DNA of 22,033 nt. Origin: Ginkgo biloba (taxonomy: Eukaryota > Plantae > Ginkgophyta). Positions 21,540 through 22,033 of the stretch are shown piece by piece. The notes beneath the pieces were generated by a model that was given only the letters and a program-made list of their open reading frames with translations, did no database searches and was not told the DNA's origin. A program made the translations under genes and the position numbers. Each line of letters opens with the position of its first letter. Position 1 is the stretch's first letter. The stretch spans positions 21,759,946 to 21,781,978 of the forward strand of contig JANKJI020000002.1 of the NCBI GenBank assembly GCA_024626585.2. The letters are read 5' to 3'.

Positions 21540-22033
21540 AGAAAACATAATTCTAGGCCTATTAATGAATTTTATAAAATATATAAGTAATTTAGACACG
21601 ATGTTAAATATTATCCCTATAATCTGAAGAGCAAAATAAGGAAAATTAAATTTGTAAGATCTTGTCGTCACATCTATAAATGTCAAAACCACAATACAAA
21701 GGATTTCTACTATAATTCATTAATAGCATAGAAGATACCAAAATCAAGTACTTGATAGTCTTACCTCACTACATCTTCACTAGAAAAATTTTAAAATTAA
21801 GGTTTGAACCAAGTTATTAGAAATGTCACCTATAAAACCAAGGTTTAATCTTGATTATGGAGAAAGATATGGAGGGTTTGGAAGAGGAAGAGGAAGAGAC
21901 AGAAGAATTGATTTCACTAACATTATTTTATTTGCATGTAATGAACTAGGAAACTTAGTTAATAGGTGATGCCTTTTGTAGAAGATGAAGGAAAAAACCT
22001 ACAAATATTATGGTAAATTTGGTCACACTTTAC
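21540..22033 (+). pseudogene. Possible gag-like remnant with two decayed CCHC zinc knuckles
   Basis: Acidic EGLEEEEEETEE stretch, then in one frame FACNELGNLVNR*C and KTYKYYGKFGHTL (CxxCGKxGH with C>Y changes). Runs off the window. Confidence 0.4.

Overview
AT-rich, gap-ridden eukaryotic DNA (16 N-runs, many of them 100-N placeholders) from a land plant. The transposon families suggest a gymnosperm-like host, which is inference only. There is no intact protein-coding gene, RNA gene or CRISPR array; the window is a nest of heavily decayed transposons. Left to right: (1) a minus-strand non-chromoviral Ty3/gypsy element (3' LTR 1-504, PPT, integrase, pre-RT linker, protease; to ~3890) with a small PBS+gag element nested inside it; (2) a frameshifted 5' fragment of an LRR-VII receptor-like kinase (IRK/PXC2/At3g28040-like, 4124-4830); (3) an LTR-less chromovirus-type gag-protease fragment on the minus strand, bracketed by a 100-bp direct duplication of a plus-strand LINE ORF2 remnant; (4) a minus-strand plant L1 LINE with RT, zf-RVT, RNase H and an ORF1 fragment (11590-14159); (5) the most notable item, largely invisible in the ORF track: a minus-strand decayed rolling-circle transposase (DUF6570-like + Rep WRANxD/YxxKY region + PIF1 helicase, ~14269-18400). 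Its motifs are those of the non-canonical Helitron2/Helentron (HLE2) group rather than the usual plant Helitrons, and it is interrupted by an array of a 16-bp palindrome; (6) a CpG-rich island with a 40-nt stem-loop, and a possible gag remnant at the right end. All translations were done by hand and family calls rest on recalled consensus motifs, not database searches.
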